NCBI GenBank assembly: GCA_963662315.1
Contig: OY759353.1
Span: 1,984,001 to 2,048,000, forward strand
Reading direction: 5' to 3'
Origin: Geopsychrobacteraceae bacterium
GTDB lineage: Bacteria; Desulfobacterota; Desulfuromonadia; Desulfuromonadales; Geopsychrobacteraceae
Length of the DNA: 64,000 bases
Shown here piece after piece: positions 9,714 to 19,656 of this stretch. Within the stretch, counting starts at the first letter, position 1. The number at the start of each line of letters is the position of its first letter. Below the pieces are notes generated by a model, which was not told where the DNA came from, ran no database searches, and saw only the letters and a program-made list of their open reading frames with translations. Position numbers and translations under genes: made by a program.

Positions 9714-10388
9714 ATGCGCATCTTGATCGTTGAAGATGAGAAAAAAGTCGCCAGCTTTATTAAAAGGGGATTAGAAGAAGAAGAGTTCGATGTTGATGTT
9801 GCCTACGATGGAGACTCCGGCGTTGAAATGGCTCACGCTAAACAATACGATCTGATTCTGATGGATGTTATGCTCCCCAAGAAGGATGGACTAAGCGCCA
9901 TCAAAGACATTCGGGCTTTGAACATTAGCGCTCCGATTCTGTGCCTGACGGCCAAGGATACGGTAGAAGATATCGTTGCCGGGCTGGATATTGGCAGTGA
10001 TGACTACCTGACCAAGCCTTTTGCCTTTTCCGAATTGATTGCCAGGGTCAGGGCTCTGATCCGGCGTGGCAATCAGGACCGGGGGGCGGAGTTGTTTTTT
10101 GCGGATTTGCGCCTTGACCCGGTTGGACATAAGGTCTGGCGCGGTAACACCGAAATCGAGTTGACCGGTAAGGAATATTTATTGCTTGAATTTTTCGTAC
10201 GCAATCCGAATCAAGTGCTGACCCGCACCATGATTGCTGAACACGTTTGGGATTACACGTTTGATTCATTTACCAATATCATTGACGTCTACGTGAACTA
10301 TTTGCGCAAAAAAATCGATTTTAATTTCAGTAAGCGATTAATTCACACCGTCCGTGGTGTCGGTTACATACTAAAAGAAGACGAATGA
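9714..10388 (+). CDS. OmpR-family response regulator (CusR/CzcR-like)
   Basis: MRILIVEDE, DVMLP, DDYLTKPF, wHTH ending IHTVRGVGY. Confidence 0.93.
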   Translation: MRILIVEDEKKVASFIKRGLEEEEFDVDVAYDGDSGVEMAHAKQYDLILMDVMLPKKDGLSAIKDIRALNISAPILCLTAKDTVEDIVAGLDIGSDDYLTKPFAFSELIARVRALIRRGNQDRGAELFFADLRLDPVGHKVWRGNTEIELTGKEYLLLEFFVRNPNQVLTRTMIAEHVWDYTFDSFTNIIDVYVNYLRKKIDFNFSKRLIHTVRGVGYILKEDE

Positions 10389-10470
10389 AGGCTTTTCCGT
10401 CTTTCCCGGATAGGTAATTTGTAACAACCTGCATCCAACGACCTTTGAGTATTTCAGGAGGAAGAACACC

Positions 10471-11352
10471 TTGTCTCATAAACTTGCGCAGCAGCGCAGG
10501 AATTCGAACTCTATTTCAGATGCTGTCAAGCGCCTGTCTGAACTGATGGACCAAACCTGCACTGAATCAGACCCACTTGAATTTGTGCCGGAAGATACCG
10601 CCCCGGAAGAGATTGCCATACTGGCGGCAAGCTATAACGGGTTGATGCAACGCATGGCGACCAGCCTCAAAAGAGCTCGTCAGTTTTCTGCTGATGTCAC
10701 CCACGAGTTGAGGACACCACTAACCATTTTACGAGGCGAAACAGAACTGGCTCTGCGCAATGACCGGACCCAGGAACAATTACGCTGGGTCTTGGAATCC
10801 AACCTTGAAGAGATCAGCAGAATGAGTTATCTGATTGAAGATCTGCTACTCCTTTCGAAAAGCGATTTGGGGGAAATCCCGCTAAAAAAAGAACCTCTGC
10901 TCGTCCCGGAATTGATTCTGGAACTTCATCATCAGGCCACCTTATTGTCAGCAGCCAAGAATATCAATGTGACATTAGCGATGCCGAAGCAGGACCTGTT
11001 GGTCAACGCCGACAGTTTACGCCTGCGTCAGGTATTTCTAAACCTGCTGACCAATGCGATTAAATATACACCCGAGCACGGAACTGTCAGCCTTCAGATC
11101 AACGAACCTCAAAATCAGCAGGTTGAAATCATGGTAACGGATACCGGCATAGGTATTGCTGCTGATCAACTGGGGCTCATATTTGAACGCTTTTACCGCA
11201 TCGACAAAACCCGTAATCGCAATGACGGGGGGTCTGGGTTGGGGCTGTCCATTGCCAGATGGATCATTGAAGCACACGACGGAACCATTGCAGTAACATC
11301 AACCCCCGGTCAAGGCAGCTGTTTCAGTGTTACTCTCCCCCTGCTTCTGTAG
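10471..11352 (+). CDS. histidine kinase lacking transmembrane/sensor domain
   Basis: AGGAGG RBS with TTG start; partial HAMP, H-box THELRTPL, N/G1/F/G2 boxes; no hydrophobic helix. Confidence 0.85.
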   Translation: MSHKLAQQRRNSNSISDAVKRLSELMDQTCTESDPLEFVPEDTAPEEIAILAASYNGLMQRMATSLKRARQFSADVTHELRTPLTILRGETELALRNDRTQEQLRWVLESNLEEISRMSYLIEDLLLLSKSDLGEIPLKKEPLLVPELILELHHQATLLSAAKNINVTLAMPKQDLLVNADSLRLRQVFLNLLTNAIKYTPEHGTVSLQINEPQNQQVEIMVTDTGIGIAADQLGLIFERFYRIDKTRNRNDGGSGLGLSIARWIIEAHDGTIAVTSTPGQGSCFSVTLPLLL

Positions 11353-11471
11353 CCATTCAGCCTGTAACCCAAAAATGAAAAAACCGCTTTATCATTTTTT
11401 TTAATTTTTTTTATTCCATTTTTTAAAAAAATTCTGTATAAACTCAGCCCGAAGCCTTCTTGTAAGGCTTT

Positions 11472-11517
11472 AAGCCCCGAAGACCTCCCCCCCCTCCAGG
11501 TCTTTGGGGCTTTTTTT
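11472..11517 (+). terminator. intrinsic terminator with C-rich loop (candidate sRNA 3' end)
   Basis: AAGCCCCGAAGACCT-CCCCCCCTCC-AGGTCTTTGGGGCTT followed by a T run. Confidence 0.75.
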
Positions 11518-11648
11518 ATATCTTCTCACCAGATCAAAATAATTTACCGCTATTCAATGCCATCCGTATAAAATCTGCGCCTTTATTCTGATCAGATCTC
11601 CTGTTATAATGAGGCGACCCTTCCCATATATAACAGAAAGGATCAGCT

Positions 11649-13250
11649 ATGGTATTCCATCCACGTCCTGTATATCTGGCCGACTCATTCATGCTTCCTG
11701 TCGGAAAATATAATGGCAGACATCGTCCCAAAGTCAGTTTTTTTGAATTAATTGACTCCCTGCAACCCTTGTTCGACAATTCAACAATCAGTAAAGACAA
11801 AATCGGCTGCGTCGTTGTCGGCTCGCAAAACCCCTTCGCCTTTTCAGGAATTGATAATGTCGCAGCTAAAATCTGTGGCCGCCTTGGGATCAGTGGTGCC
11901 AAATCGGTTCTGATCGACACAGCCTCATCTTCCGGTGCGAGTGCCTTTGAAGCCGCATATCTTGAAGTGGCATCAGGTCAGCATGATCATGTATTAGCCA
12001 TTGGCATCCAGAAGATGAGCGATGTTTCAACCCGCGAAGCAACCAAGATCGTTGCCGGGGTGATTGACCGAGAAGAAGCAGAATATGGACTGACCATGCC
12101 AGCCTGCGGTGCCCTGGTCGCACAATCACTCATACAGGAATTCGGACTGACCCAAAAGCAATGGACAGAATATTCGGCCCGCTGGACCGAACGGGCCCAT
12201 AAATATGCCGCACAGAATCCAGATGCCCACCTGAATCACGAAATATCAGTCGAGCAGTATTTTGCCGACATGAATGGTGGTCAGAATTATCTTTATTATG
12301 ATCCCTTGCACTATTATGATTTCTGTCCGATGTCCGATGGTGTAGCCGCTTGCCTGTTAAGCGCCACACCTCACGAGGTACGGGTCAGCGGGGTTGGTTC
12401 AGGAACGGACATACCGACCATCGCCGACCGTCTGACCTACACCAGCTTTCCAGCGACAAAAATAGCCTTGGCCCAGGCTTTAAGCAAAGCGGGCCTGAAA
12501 AATCTGCTGGAACTCGACACTCCAACCCACATCAATATGCATGATCCGTTTAACGGCTTTGGCCCCATCAATTTGGTTGACCTTGGGGTGGCGCCTCGCG
12601 AGCAACTCCTTGACGCCCTGCTTGACGATTCACTCACTGGACCAGAGGGACGCTTCCCGACCAATCTGACCGGCGGGCTGAAAGGACGCGGCCATCCACT
12701 CGGAGCAACGGGAATGGTCCAGATTGTTGAAAATCATCAGATGTTGACCACCGGTCGTTATCAGTCGGCGTTGTCTCACTCTATCGGTGGCCCCATCAAC
12801 AATAATGTTGTCGTACTGCTTGAAACGGAGCAACACTTCAGACACCGGAGAACACTCCCTTACCGCCCTCAGGAGAAACCGCCTCTTGGGCACATGAAAC
12901 CTGTTGGTATCGACTTAAACACCATTCTCGGCAAAGAGAACAAATGCACAGTCACCTTGCTGGCTAAAACCTCGATGCATGATTTCCGTACCGGCAATGC
13001 GCAAAAAACATTACTGATTTTTTCACGTAAACACGAAGGAGAGCGTTACCGTTTCCCGATTGGCGTTGCTCCGGAATCGGCACTATCCCTGGAAGGACTC
13101 AAATTCGGAGACAAGATCCAACTCCAGCGTATCGACAGGGACATCACCATTAACGATATTCCCATCAGGCAACTGTACCGCAAAACTATTGCAGGTGTGG
13201 TTGAAATTGCCGACAGTGCAATGCGGAAGTTGCGCAATAAAAAAGACTAA
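11649..13250 (+). CDS. thiolase-family protein (SCP2/archaeal type) with degenerate active site and C-terminal extension
   Basis: CPMSDG and GGLKGRGHPLGATG intact; ASSSG replaces ACASG and HDPF replaces HDCF; about 140 extra C-terminal residues. Confidence 0.85.
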   Translation: MVFHPRPVYLADSFMLPVGKYNGRHRPKVSFFELIDSLQPLFDNSTISKDKIGCVVVGSQNPFAFSGIDNVAAKICGRLGISGAKSVLIDTASSSGASAFEAAYLEVASGQHDHVLAIGIQKMSDVSTREATKIVAGVIDREEAEYGLTMPACGALVAQSLIQEFGLTQKQWTEYSARWTERAHKYAAQNPDAHLNHEISVEQYFADMNGGQNYLYYDPLHYYDFCPMSDGVAACLLSATPHEVRVSGVGSGTDIPTIADRLTYTSFPATKIALAQALSKAGLKNLLELDTPTHINMHDPFNGFGPINLVDLGVAPREQLLDALLDDSLTGPEGRFPTNLTGGLKGRGHPLGATGMVQIVENHQMLTTGRYQSALSHSIGGPINNNVVVLLETEQHFRHRRTLPYRPQEKPPLGHMKPVGIDLNTILGKENKCTVTLLAKTSMHDFRTGNAQKTLLIFSRKHEGERYRFPIGVAPESALSLEGLKFGDKIQLQRIDRDITINDIPIRQLYRKTIAGVVEIADSAMRKLRNKKD

Positions 13251-13276
13251 TTTCTCGGGTCAGCCGGAACCGCCCT

Positions 13277-13319
13277 CCCTTGTTCGCGACACTGCGCAAA
13301 GTTTTGTCGCGAACAAGGG
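13277..13319. repeat. 15-bp perfect inverted repeat in intergenic region
   Basis: CCCTTGTTCGCGACA-N13-TGTCGCGAACAAGGG. Confidence 0.85.
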
Positions 13320-13428
13320 GATCCATCCAAGCAGCCGGGGTTCGGACTAAATACCAATATCCTAACATTTCATCCGGGTTGTGCATTTGCACAGTGTATT
13401 GAAAAATTCTTCGTGTTAATCTGCGCCC

Positions 13429-14823
13429 ATGCGAATAACCGTTAAACACCAAGTTTTAATCGCCCCGGCCATCATGCTGTTCCTGCTGCTGCTGCTGTTG
13501 GGCTTCATGCAGTTTAGCTACTGGAATCTCGCCGCTAAACGCCATGAAGCCAGGGCCATAGGAACAACTTTCGTCGCCCTGGCGGAAGCCGACATGGCCG
13601 CCCGCCGGTTACATGTACTGATTCGCTCTATTCAATACAGTGGCATGGCCAGTCCAGAGGAAATGGCTCTGGTTGCCGATCTTTACGAGCGACTGACCTC
13701 AGCCGTTGATCGCCTTGAACCATTCGGTCCTCTTAAACAGTCGGGACAGATCAACCTGATCAAGCAGCTGGCTGCCGAGCTAAACCCGGCCGACAGTGCG
13801 GATCCTGAAATAACGGCCAGAAATTATGCCAATTTTCGAGCTGAGCTATCGGGCTTATCCAACCTGACCCAGATCCAGTTAAACCGGCTGCGGACAACCC
13901 AGGAACAGGATGTTACCAAACTGGTCGAGCAGACCTATCTGGTCTCAATGGTTATTCTTATGCTGGCAATCCTGCTCGGAGCCTGCATTTCTATTTATTT
14001 CGGGCGCCGGATATTAAAACGAATCCAGGTCCTGTCACTCAATGCCCTGCAGATAGCCGACGGTAAACTCGAACTGCCTCCGGCCCCCGACCACATTAAA
14101 GATGAGCTTGACACCCTGGCGGTGTCCATTAGCCGTATGACGAAAAGACTGATTCGGGTGGTCGGGACAGAAAAATTGTTTGAAGGAGCCGAAGAAGAGC
14201 GCCGCCGCATCGCCATGGATCTGCATGATCAGTCTCTGTCTGATTTGTCAGGCATCTTACGTGGGCTGCAGGCGGTAAGCAGTGATATGGCTGCGACCCC
14301 TGCAAAAGAGAAGGTCGCAGAGCTAGAACAAGACTTAAGCCAGGCCATTACAAATCTACGCGACATCATGAATAACCTGCATCCCCAGACCCTCGATATT
14401 CTTGGGCTGGGGGCGGCTCTGGAAACACATCTTGAACAGCATTGCGAAACAGAAGGACTGCCTGAATTCCACTTTTATCAGGATGAGCGAGTTGATAGCC
14501 TGAAACTGGATAAAATGCAGAAGCTGTTTCTCTATCGTATTGCGATCGAAGCGATACAGAACGTTCTTAAACATGCCAGGGCCTCACGTTACGAAGTCTC
14601 TCTGGAACTACGTGAAGATACGCTTGTTCTTGCTGTTGAAGATAATGGCCGGGGCATGGAAGCAACATCTACCAGAACCGCAGAAGGTCATGGAGTCATG
14701 AACATTCGTGAACGAGCCAGAAAAATTGGCGCAGAGGTAAGGTGGAGCCCGTCACGCTTTTCCAGCGGAACCCGCTTTACATTAACCCTCCCCTGTAGAG
14801 AACTTCCCGAAATTCACCAATAG
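13429..14823 (+). CDS. membrane sensor histidine kinase (HisKA_3/NarX-like)
   Basis: Two TM helices, HAMP, EERRRIAMDLHD, EAIQNVLKHA, DNGRG. Confidence 0.92.
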   Translation: MRITVKHQVLIAPAIMLFLLLLLLGFMQFSYWNLAAKRHEARAIGTTFVALAEADMAARRLHVLIRSIQYSGMASPEEMALVADLYERLTSAVDRLEPFGPLKQSGQINLIKQLAAELNPADSADPEITARNYANFRAELSGLSNLTQIQLNRLRTTQEQDVTKLVEQTYLVSMVILMLAILLGACISIYFGRRILKRIQVLSLNALQIADGKLELPPAPDHIKDELDTLAVSISRMTKRLIRVVGTEKLFEGAEEERRRIAMDLHDQSLSDLSGILRGLQAVSSDMAATPAKEKVAELEQDLSQAITNLRDIMNNLHPQTLDILGLGAALETHLEQHCETEGLPEFHFYQDERVDSLKLDKMQKLFLYRIAIEAIQNVLKHARASRYEVSLELREDTLVLAVEDNGRGMEATSTRTAEGHGVMNIRERARKIGAEVRWSPSRFSSGTRFTLTLPCRELPEIHQ

Positions 14824-14834
14824 GAGCGGCTGCC

Positions 14835-15596
14835 ATGGCAGATCTCAATATTCTTATCGCAGAAGACAATCCAAAAGATTTCGAATTTCTCGAAAAGCTC
14901 ATCAGCAGCTGGGATGAAAATGTTCACATTACCCACGCTTCTGACGGCAGAACAGCACTCGAAATCAGTCATTCCCATGAAGAGCCTCTGATCGTCAGCG
15001 ATATCCAGATGCCAGAACTCAATGGTATCGACTTTGCCAAAGAGTTATGGCAGGACAAACCAAGAGCACGGATTGTTTTCTGGAGTCAGTTCAAAGATGA
15101 AATGTATGTCAGATCTCTCGCGAAAATCGTTCCTCCCGAAACCGTCTATGGCTACATATTAAAGTCGAGCCCTAAGGAACGTATTGCTTCCGCTATTTAT
15201 ACAGTTCTGGTTGAAGAACAATGCTGGATTGCCCCGGAAGTCCGCAAAGTTCAGGGACGGGCCGGGCACAGCTTAACAGCCCTTTCCGATATTGAATATG
15301 AAGCGCTGCTCGATATTTCTCTGGGTCTGACCGATAATCTTATCGCTCAACGGCGGTATCTGTCCCGGCGCGGGGTCCAGAGCCGTCTCAATTCACTCTA
15401 CAGCAAATTGGGTATTGACCAGGAGCAGTTCCACAGTGAGAAATATGGAGACTCTTTCAACCTGCGCAACCGTGCGGTTGCCGTTTCTCTGGCCCGAGGA
15501 TTGGTCAACGCGTTTGAAATGGAAAATGAAGAAAAAGAATTCCAAGCATGGTTTAAGCGTTTCCAGCGCACGAACAAGGCAAAAGAAGAAGCATAA
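14835..15596 (+). CDS. NarL/LuxR-type response regulator
   Basis: LIAED, SDIQMP receiver; C-terminal LS..E..L...GLTD..IA HTH. Confidence 0.88.
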   Translation: MADLNILIAEDNPKDFEFLEKLISSWDENVHITHASDGRTALEISHSHEEPLIVSDIQMPELNGIDFAKELWQDKPRARIVFWSQFKDEMYVRSLAKIVPPETVYGYILKSSPKERIASAIYTVLVEEQCWIAPEVRKVQGRAGHSLTALSDIEYEALLDISLGLTDNLIAQRRYLSRRGVQSRLNSLYSKLGIDQEQFHSEKYGDSFNLRNRAVAVSLARGLVNAFEMENEEKEFQAWFKRFQRTNKAKEEA

Positions 15597-15733
15597 TAAG
15601 ACCTTAGCACTAAAGGTTTCAATTCTTAACGGATCGAGCGACATTCAATCGGATAAAGTCATAGCTAGGCGGTGATTGTTTTAGGGGCAAACACCGCTAT
15701 CTAACCTTGTTTTAACTGCCATACTATGGTAAA

Positions 15734-15744
15734 AGGTCATACCA
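15734..15744. promoter_or_regulatory. putative FadR-family (PdhR/LldR-type) autoregulatory operator
   Basis: AGGTCATACCA just downstream of a TACTAT -10 and upstream of the GntR gene. Confidence 0.5.
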
Positions 15745-15767
15745 AAGACCATGGAGATTGATATGTT

Positions 15768-16499
15768 ATGAGCACTGTATTTAAGCCCATCCGACCAAAA
15801 AAATTATCGGAAGAAATTGTTGATCAGATTAAAGAGCTGATTTCAAGAGGAGATCTCGGCCCGGGGCAAAGAATTCCCTCTGAACGCGAATTAGCAACGC
15901 TCCTGGGCGTCAGCCGCCCATCAGTGCGTGAAGCCATTATGGTACTGGAGGCCATGGGTTTTCTTGAGGCGCGTCAGGGTGGCGGAACCTACGTACGTTC
16001 ACTGGCAGATGCCACCATGGCGGACCCGCTGGCCAGCATGGTTGAACGCCGCGATCCACGCATGCTGCATGCATTGACCGAGGTCCGTATCGGTCTGGAG
16101 ACCTGGTCTGCCTATCTGGCCGCCAAACGCGCTGACGAAGCCCAAATCAAACGCCTGCGGGAAATTTACACCATAATGGAAGAACAAGGAAAAACCGGTG
16201 GCTGGGATGCGGATATCGACTTCCAGTTTCATCTGTTGATTACCGCAGCGACCCATAATACGCTGCAGGTGCATGTCCTTAACACCATACAGACCCTGTT
16301 TCAGACAACCATTATGGTTGCTCTGGGTGAGTTTTATCGCAAAGAAGGATATATTGAAATTCTACTCCGGCACCATGGAGGGATTCTAGAAGCTATTGAA
16401 CAAAGAGACCCTGAACTGGCTCGCCAACGTATGATGGAACATTTAACAATGGTCGAAGAAAGACTTGCGATGTTCCTGCAGAAAGGACCACCGGAATAA
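15768..16499 (+). CDS. FadR/GntR-family transcriptional regulator (PdhR/LldR-like)
   Basis: PSERELA..LGVSRPSVREA, GGGTYV, FCD domain. Confidence 0.93.
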   Translation: MSTVFKPIRPKKLSEEIVDQIKELISRGDLGPGQRIPSERELATLLGVSRPSVREAIMVLEAMGFLEARQGGGTYVRSLADATMADPLASMVERRDPRMLHALTEVRIGLETWSAYLAAKRADEAQIKRLREIYTIMEEQGKTGGWDADIDFQFHLLITAATHNTLQVHVLNTIQTLFQTTIMVALGEFYRKEGYIEILLRHHGGILEAIEQRDPELARQRMMEHLTMVEERLAMFLQKGPPE

Positions 16500-16679
16500 G
16501 GGGGGGACCTCCCTTATTCCCTCAGCATTATTTTATCGTCTTTAGCGCCAAGGCGATCCCGGTCTAGGCACAGCATCTGACTATCCTATATGTCACCATG
16601 CCAGTCCTACCTGTCTGTTATTCTCCTTCTGACATATAGTAAGCTGCCTGAAATTATTTCAAGAGGGACATTCACAACA

Positions 16680-16964
16680 ATGGATAAAGAGCAACTCTAC
16701 CAGGCGACCATCGACACCTGGGGTATTGACGCACAATATGAGCAGATGGTTGAAGAATGCGCAGAGCTGATCGCAGCGTTAAAGCACTTCCAACGTGGTA
16801 AAATAGACCGTCAAAAAGTCATTGACGAGTTGGCCGATGTCAGCCTGATGGTTGGACAACTGACCTGGATGTTCGGCCAGGAGACAGTTAATCAGACCAT
16901 AGAGGACAAGCTGGCGAAACTCAATAAGCTTCTTTCACACTCCACTCAGAATCATTCAGAGTAA
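16680..16964 (+). CDS. MazG-like NTP pyrophosphohydrolase family protein
   Basis: EECAEL...DELADV motif. Confidence 0.75.
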   Translation: MDKEQLYQATIDTWGIDAQYEQMVEECAELIAALKHFQRGKIDRQKVIDELADVSLMVGQLTWMFGQETVNQTIEDKLAKLNKLLSHSTQNHSE

Positions 16965-17036
16965 TTTCTACACACTGAACATTATTGTCATTGATTTGTG
17001 CGACGCACACTGTTAACAGGAAAGGGGTTCATTATC

Positions 17037-17528
17037 ATGGAACAGGATCAGACAACCCGCTTACATAGTTTTCTCGAGTTTCTGCAACCACAGATCAATC
17101 AGGAAGTCCATGTCGGCCCCTGGTTGACCATGGATCAGGAACGCATCAATAAATTTGCCGAGGTTACCGGCGACCTGCAATGGATCCATATCGATCCGCA
17201 ACGTGCCGAAAAGGAATCACCTTATGGAGGCACAATTGCCCACGGTTACCTCACCCTGTCACTGCTCCCCTACCTCACGGAAAGCAATCACCCTGATTTC
17301 TTTCAGAAAAATTATCCGGGCATGAAATACCGGGTGAACTACGGGCTGAACAAGGTGCGTTTCCCGTCTCCGGTCAAGGTTGGTGCCAGGCTGCGTGCCC
17401 GCACGACAATCCAGGAAGTCGAACAGATTAAAAATTCCGTTCAGATTATCTACCTGATCACTGTTGAGCTTGAGGGTTCAGACAAACCAGCCTGTATTGC
17501 TGAATTCGTTGCCCGGCTCTATGCCTGA
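17037..17528 (+). CDS. MaoC-family dehydratase
   Basis: FAEVTGDLQWIHID, TIAHGYLTLS, NYGLNKVRF. Confidence 0.92.
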   Translation: MEQDQTTRLHSFLEFLQPQINQEVHVGPWLTMDQERINKFAEVTGDLQWIHIDPQRAEKESPYGGTIAHGYLTLSLLPYLTESNHPDFFQKNYPGMKYRVNYGLNKVRFPSPVKVGARLRARTTIQEVEQIKNSVQIIYLITVELEGSDKPACIAEFVARLYA

Positions 17529-17540
17529 CGTTCTTCCAAC

Positions 17541-17575
17541 CCGAAACCGCCTCAAACAGAAGGAGGCGGTTTCGG
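17541..17575. terminator. hairpin between convergent genes
   Basis: CCGAAACCGCCTC-loop-GAGGCGGTTTCGG. Confidence 0.7.
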
Positions 17576-17613
17576 AATTTTCCCGACACAAGCAACCTTT
17601 TCTGGACAAGTGA

Positions 17614-18438
17614 CTATTTGAGACTCAATTGATAAATCAGGGCATATACCCCATGAGGATCTTGACCCGCAGCAACAGCAATTTCTTTAATAGTCTGCTC
17701 TGGTGTTGCCGTAATCCCCTGCGCCGCTAGACCTGATACCACCGTCATCACATCAAGTTTATACATACTACAAAGCACAGACAGTTTTCTTTGGCCGGTT
17801 CCTCCCGGAGCCTCCTCCGGCATCGCTGCAGCACCTCCGACACTCGGCGGCTTGATGATTTCATATATCCGCTGCGGTGACACCCCACTGCGTTCGGCGA
17901 GTTCACCAACCGGCTCATTATTATCAACGACATGAATACTAGCACTTTCCAACTTGGCAATACTTGCTTCCAGATCGGCCTTGACCTTATAGACAAAGTC
18001 GGCCAGTGGCGAGAGCTCAGCATGACCATAGGGGGGCTCACCATAAGCCAGATTGGCCTTTTCGCTGATAGTGGCGCCCAGGTCAATCACCGTACTCATC
18101 GGTGGAATCCCGGCCAGGGTGCCAAAAAACACCACGAGAGTAACCACCACAGAGATATTGAAATCAAGCGTAAACATACGAAACTGGCGCGCTTTGTTTT
18201 TCATATAACTCATCACCGCTTGCCAGTTGTAATAGGTGTGCAGAACAATGGCTATGAAGAAAAGGAAGCCAAGGTTTATATGTACAGCCCCCCACTGATC
18301 TTTGGTCATACCCCAAAGTTGCCAATTAGACCAGTAAGCCACACGCCCAGCGGGGACAATATACAGAACAATACTGGTCACCATCAGCAGAAGAAAGGAA
18401 AGCAGAGCGGTCAATGATGTTACTTTGCGCATATTCAT
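17614..18438 (-). CDS. DUF4405-domain (cytochrome b-like) membrane protein
   Basis: Three TM helices with WGAVH and HTYYNW histidines; PPYGHAEL C-terminal domain. Confidence 0.75.
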   Translation of the reverse strand: MNMRKVTSLTALLSFLLLMVTSIVLYIVPAGRVAYWSNWQLWGMTKDQWGAVHINLGFLFFIAIVLHTYYNWQAVMSYMKNKARQFRMFTLDFNISVVVTLVVFFGTLAGIPPMSTVIDLGATISEKANLAYGEPPYGHAELSPLADFVYKVKADLEASIAKLESASIHVVDNNEPVGELAERSGVSPQRIYEIIKPPSVGGAAAMPEEAPGGTGQRKLSVLCSMYKLDVMTVVSGLAAQGITATPEQTIKEIAVAAGQDPHGVYALIYQLSLK

Positions 18439-18573
18439 AGTGTTGTGCACTCCTCACAGTTAGCAATTTTTCAAAATATATCATTTTCCGAATATTTAAA
18501 AAGTAAAGTTTTGTAAATGTGAATCGACTACCAGAAAATGGCCATAGAACAACACAGAGAGGTGGTCCCTGAA

Positions 18574-19656
18574 TCAGATATTAAACGGCAATTCCAATTG
18601 TGGTGCATCGTCAACAACAATATCTGAGGTCAGGTTTGAGATCGTGATTCCCAACAGACGCACCGACCTCTGCCCCGCTTCAGTTTTATCCAGCAAATCT
18701 TCGGCCAGAGCTATTATGTCCTCGGCACTTGCTATGGGTTCATCATGGCTGATGCTGCGCGTTACTGTCTGAAAATCGGAATATTTCACTTTAAGAGTCA
18801 GGGTCAGCCCATTGGTCGCGGCACTTTCCAAAAGAGCGGCAACACGGTTTGCCAGATCCCCGATAATCGTCATCATCTGACTGCGGCCAGCAAGATCCTC
18901 CCCCAGTGTCGTCTCCTTCCCGATTGATTTCCTGACCCGGTCAGGAACAACCGGCCGTTCGTCGATCCCCCGGGCAATGTAAAAATAGTAAGCTCCTGCC
19001 TTTCCGAAGGCCCGGATCAAATCATCCAGATCGACCTTCAACAGGTCAGCACCACAGTGAATACCGAGGCGCTTCATTTTCCTTTCCGTTACCCGGCCGA
19101 CACCATGAAAGCGCCGGATCGGCAGTTGAGCGATAAAGTCTGCGGCCTGTGCCGGCGTTACGACCGTCAATCCGTTTGGTTTATGAACATCAGAGGCAAT
19201 TTTGGCAAGAAACTTATTATAAGAGACACCAGCAGAGGCAGTCAGTTTGGTCTGCTCCGAAATTTTACGGCGAATTTCCTGGGCAATCCAGGTTGCCGAC
19301 TGGACCCCCGCCTTATTGGTGGAAACATCCAGGTAGGCTTCATCAAGAGAGAGCGGCTCAACCAGATCGGTATAACTCAAAAAAATGTCCCGGATCTGTT
19401 GAGAAACTTGGCGATATACCGGAAAGCGAGGACGAACAAATATGGCTTCCGGACACAGTCGAAAGGCACGCGCCGCTGACATGGCAGAGTGAATTCCAAA
19501 TTTGCGCGCTTCATATGAGCAGGTTGCAACAACACCGCGCCCCCTGGGATCACCGCCGACAATGACCGGCTTTCCTTTTAAATCCGGGTTATCCCGTTGT
19601 TCAACCGATGCATAAAAAGCATCCATGTCAATATGGATAATCTTTCTGGGAATCAC
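18574..19656 (-). CDS. dinB: DNA polymerase IV
   Basis: IIHIDMDAFYASVE, SYEAR, SLDEAYLD, KPNG. Confidence 0.96.
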   Translation of the reverse strand: MIPRKIIHIDMDAFYASVEQRDNPDLKGKPVIVGGDPRGRGVVATCSYEARKFGIHSAMSAARAFRLCPEAIFVRPRFPVYRQVSQQIRDIFLSYTDLVEPLSLDEAYLDVSTNKAGVQSATWIAQEIRRKISEQTKLTASAGVSYNKFLAKIASDVHKPNGLTVVTPAQAADFIAQLPIRRFHGVGRVTERKMKRLGIHCGADLLKVDLDDLIRAFGKAGAYYFYIARGIDERPVVPDRVRKSIGKETTLGEDLAGRSQMMTIIGDLANRVAALLESAATNGLTLTLKVKYSDFQTVTRSISHDEPIASAEDIIALAEDLLDKTEAGQRSVRLLGITISNLTSDIVVDDAPQLELPFNI

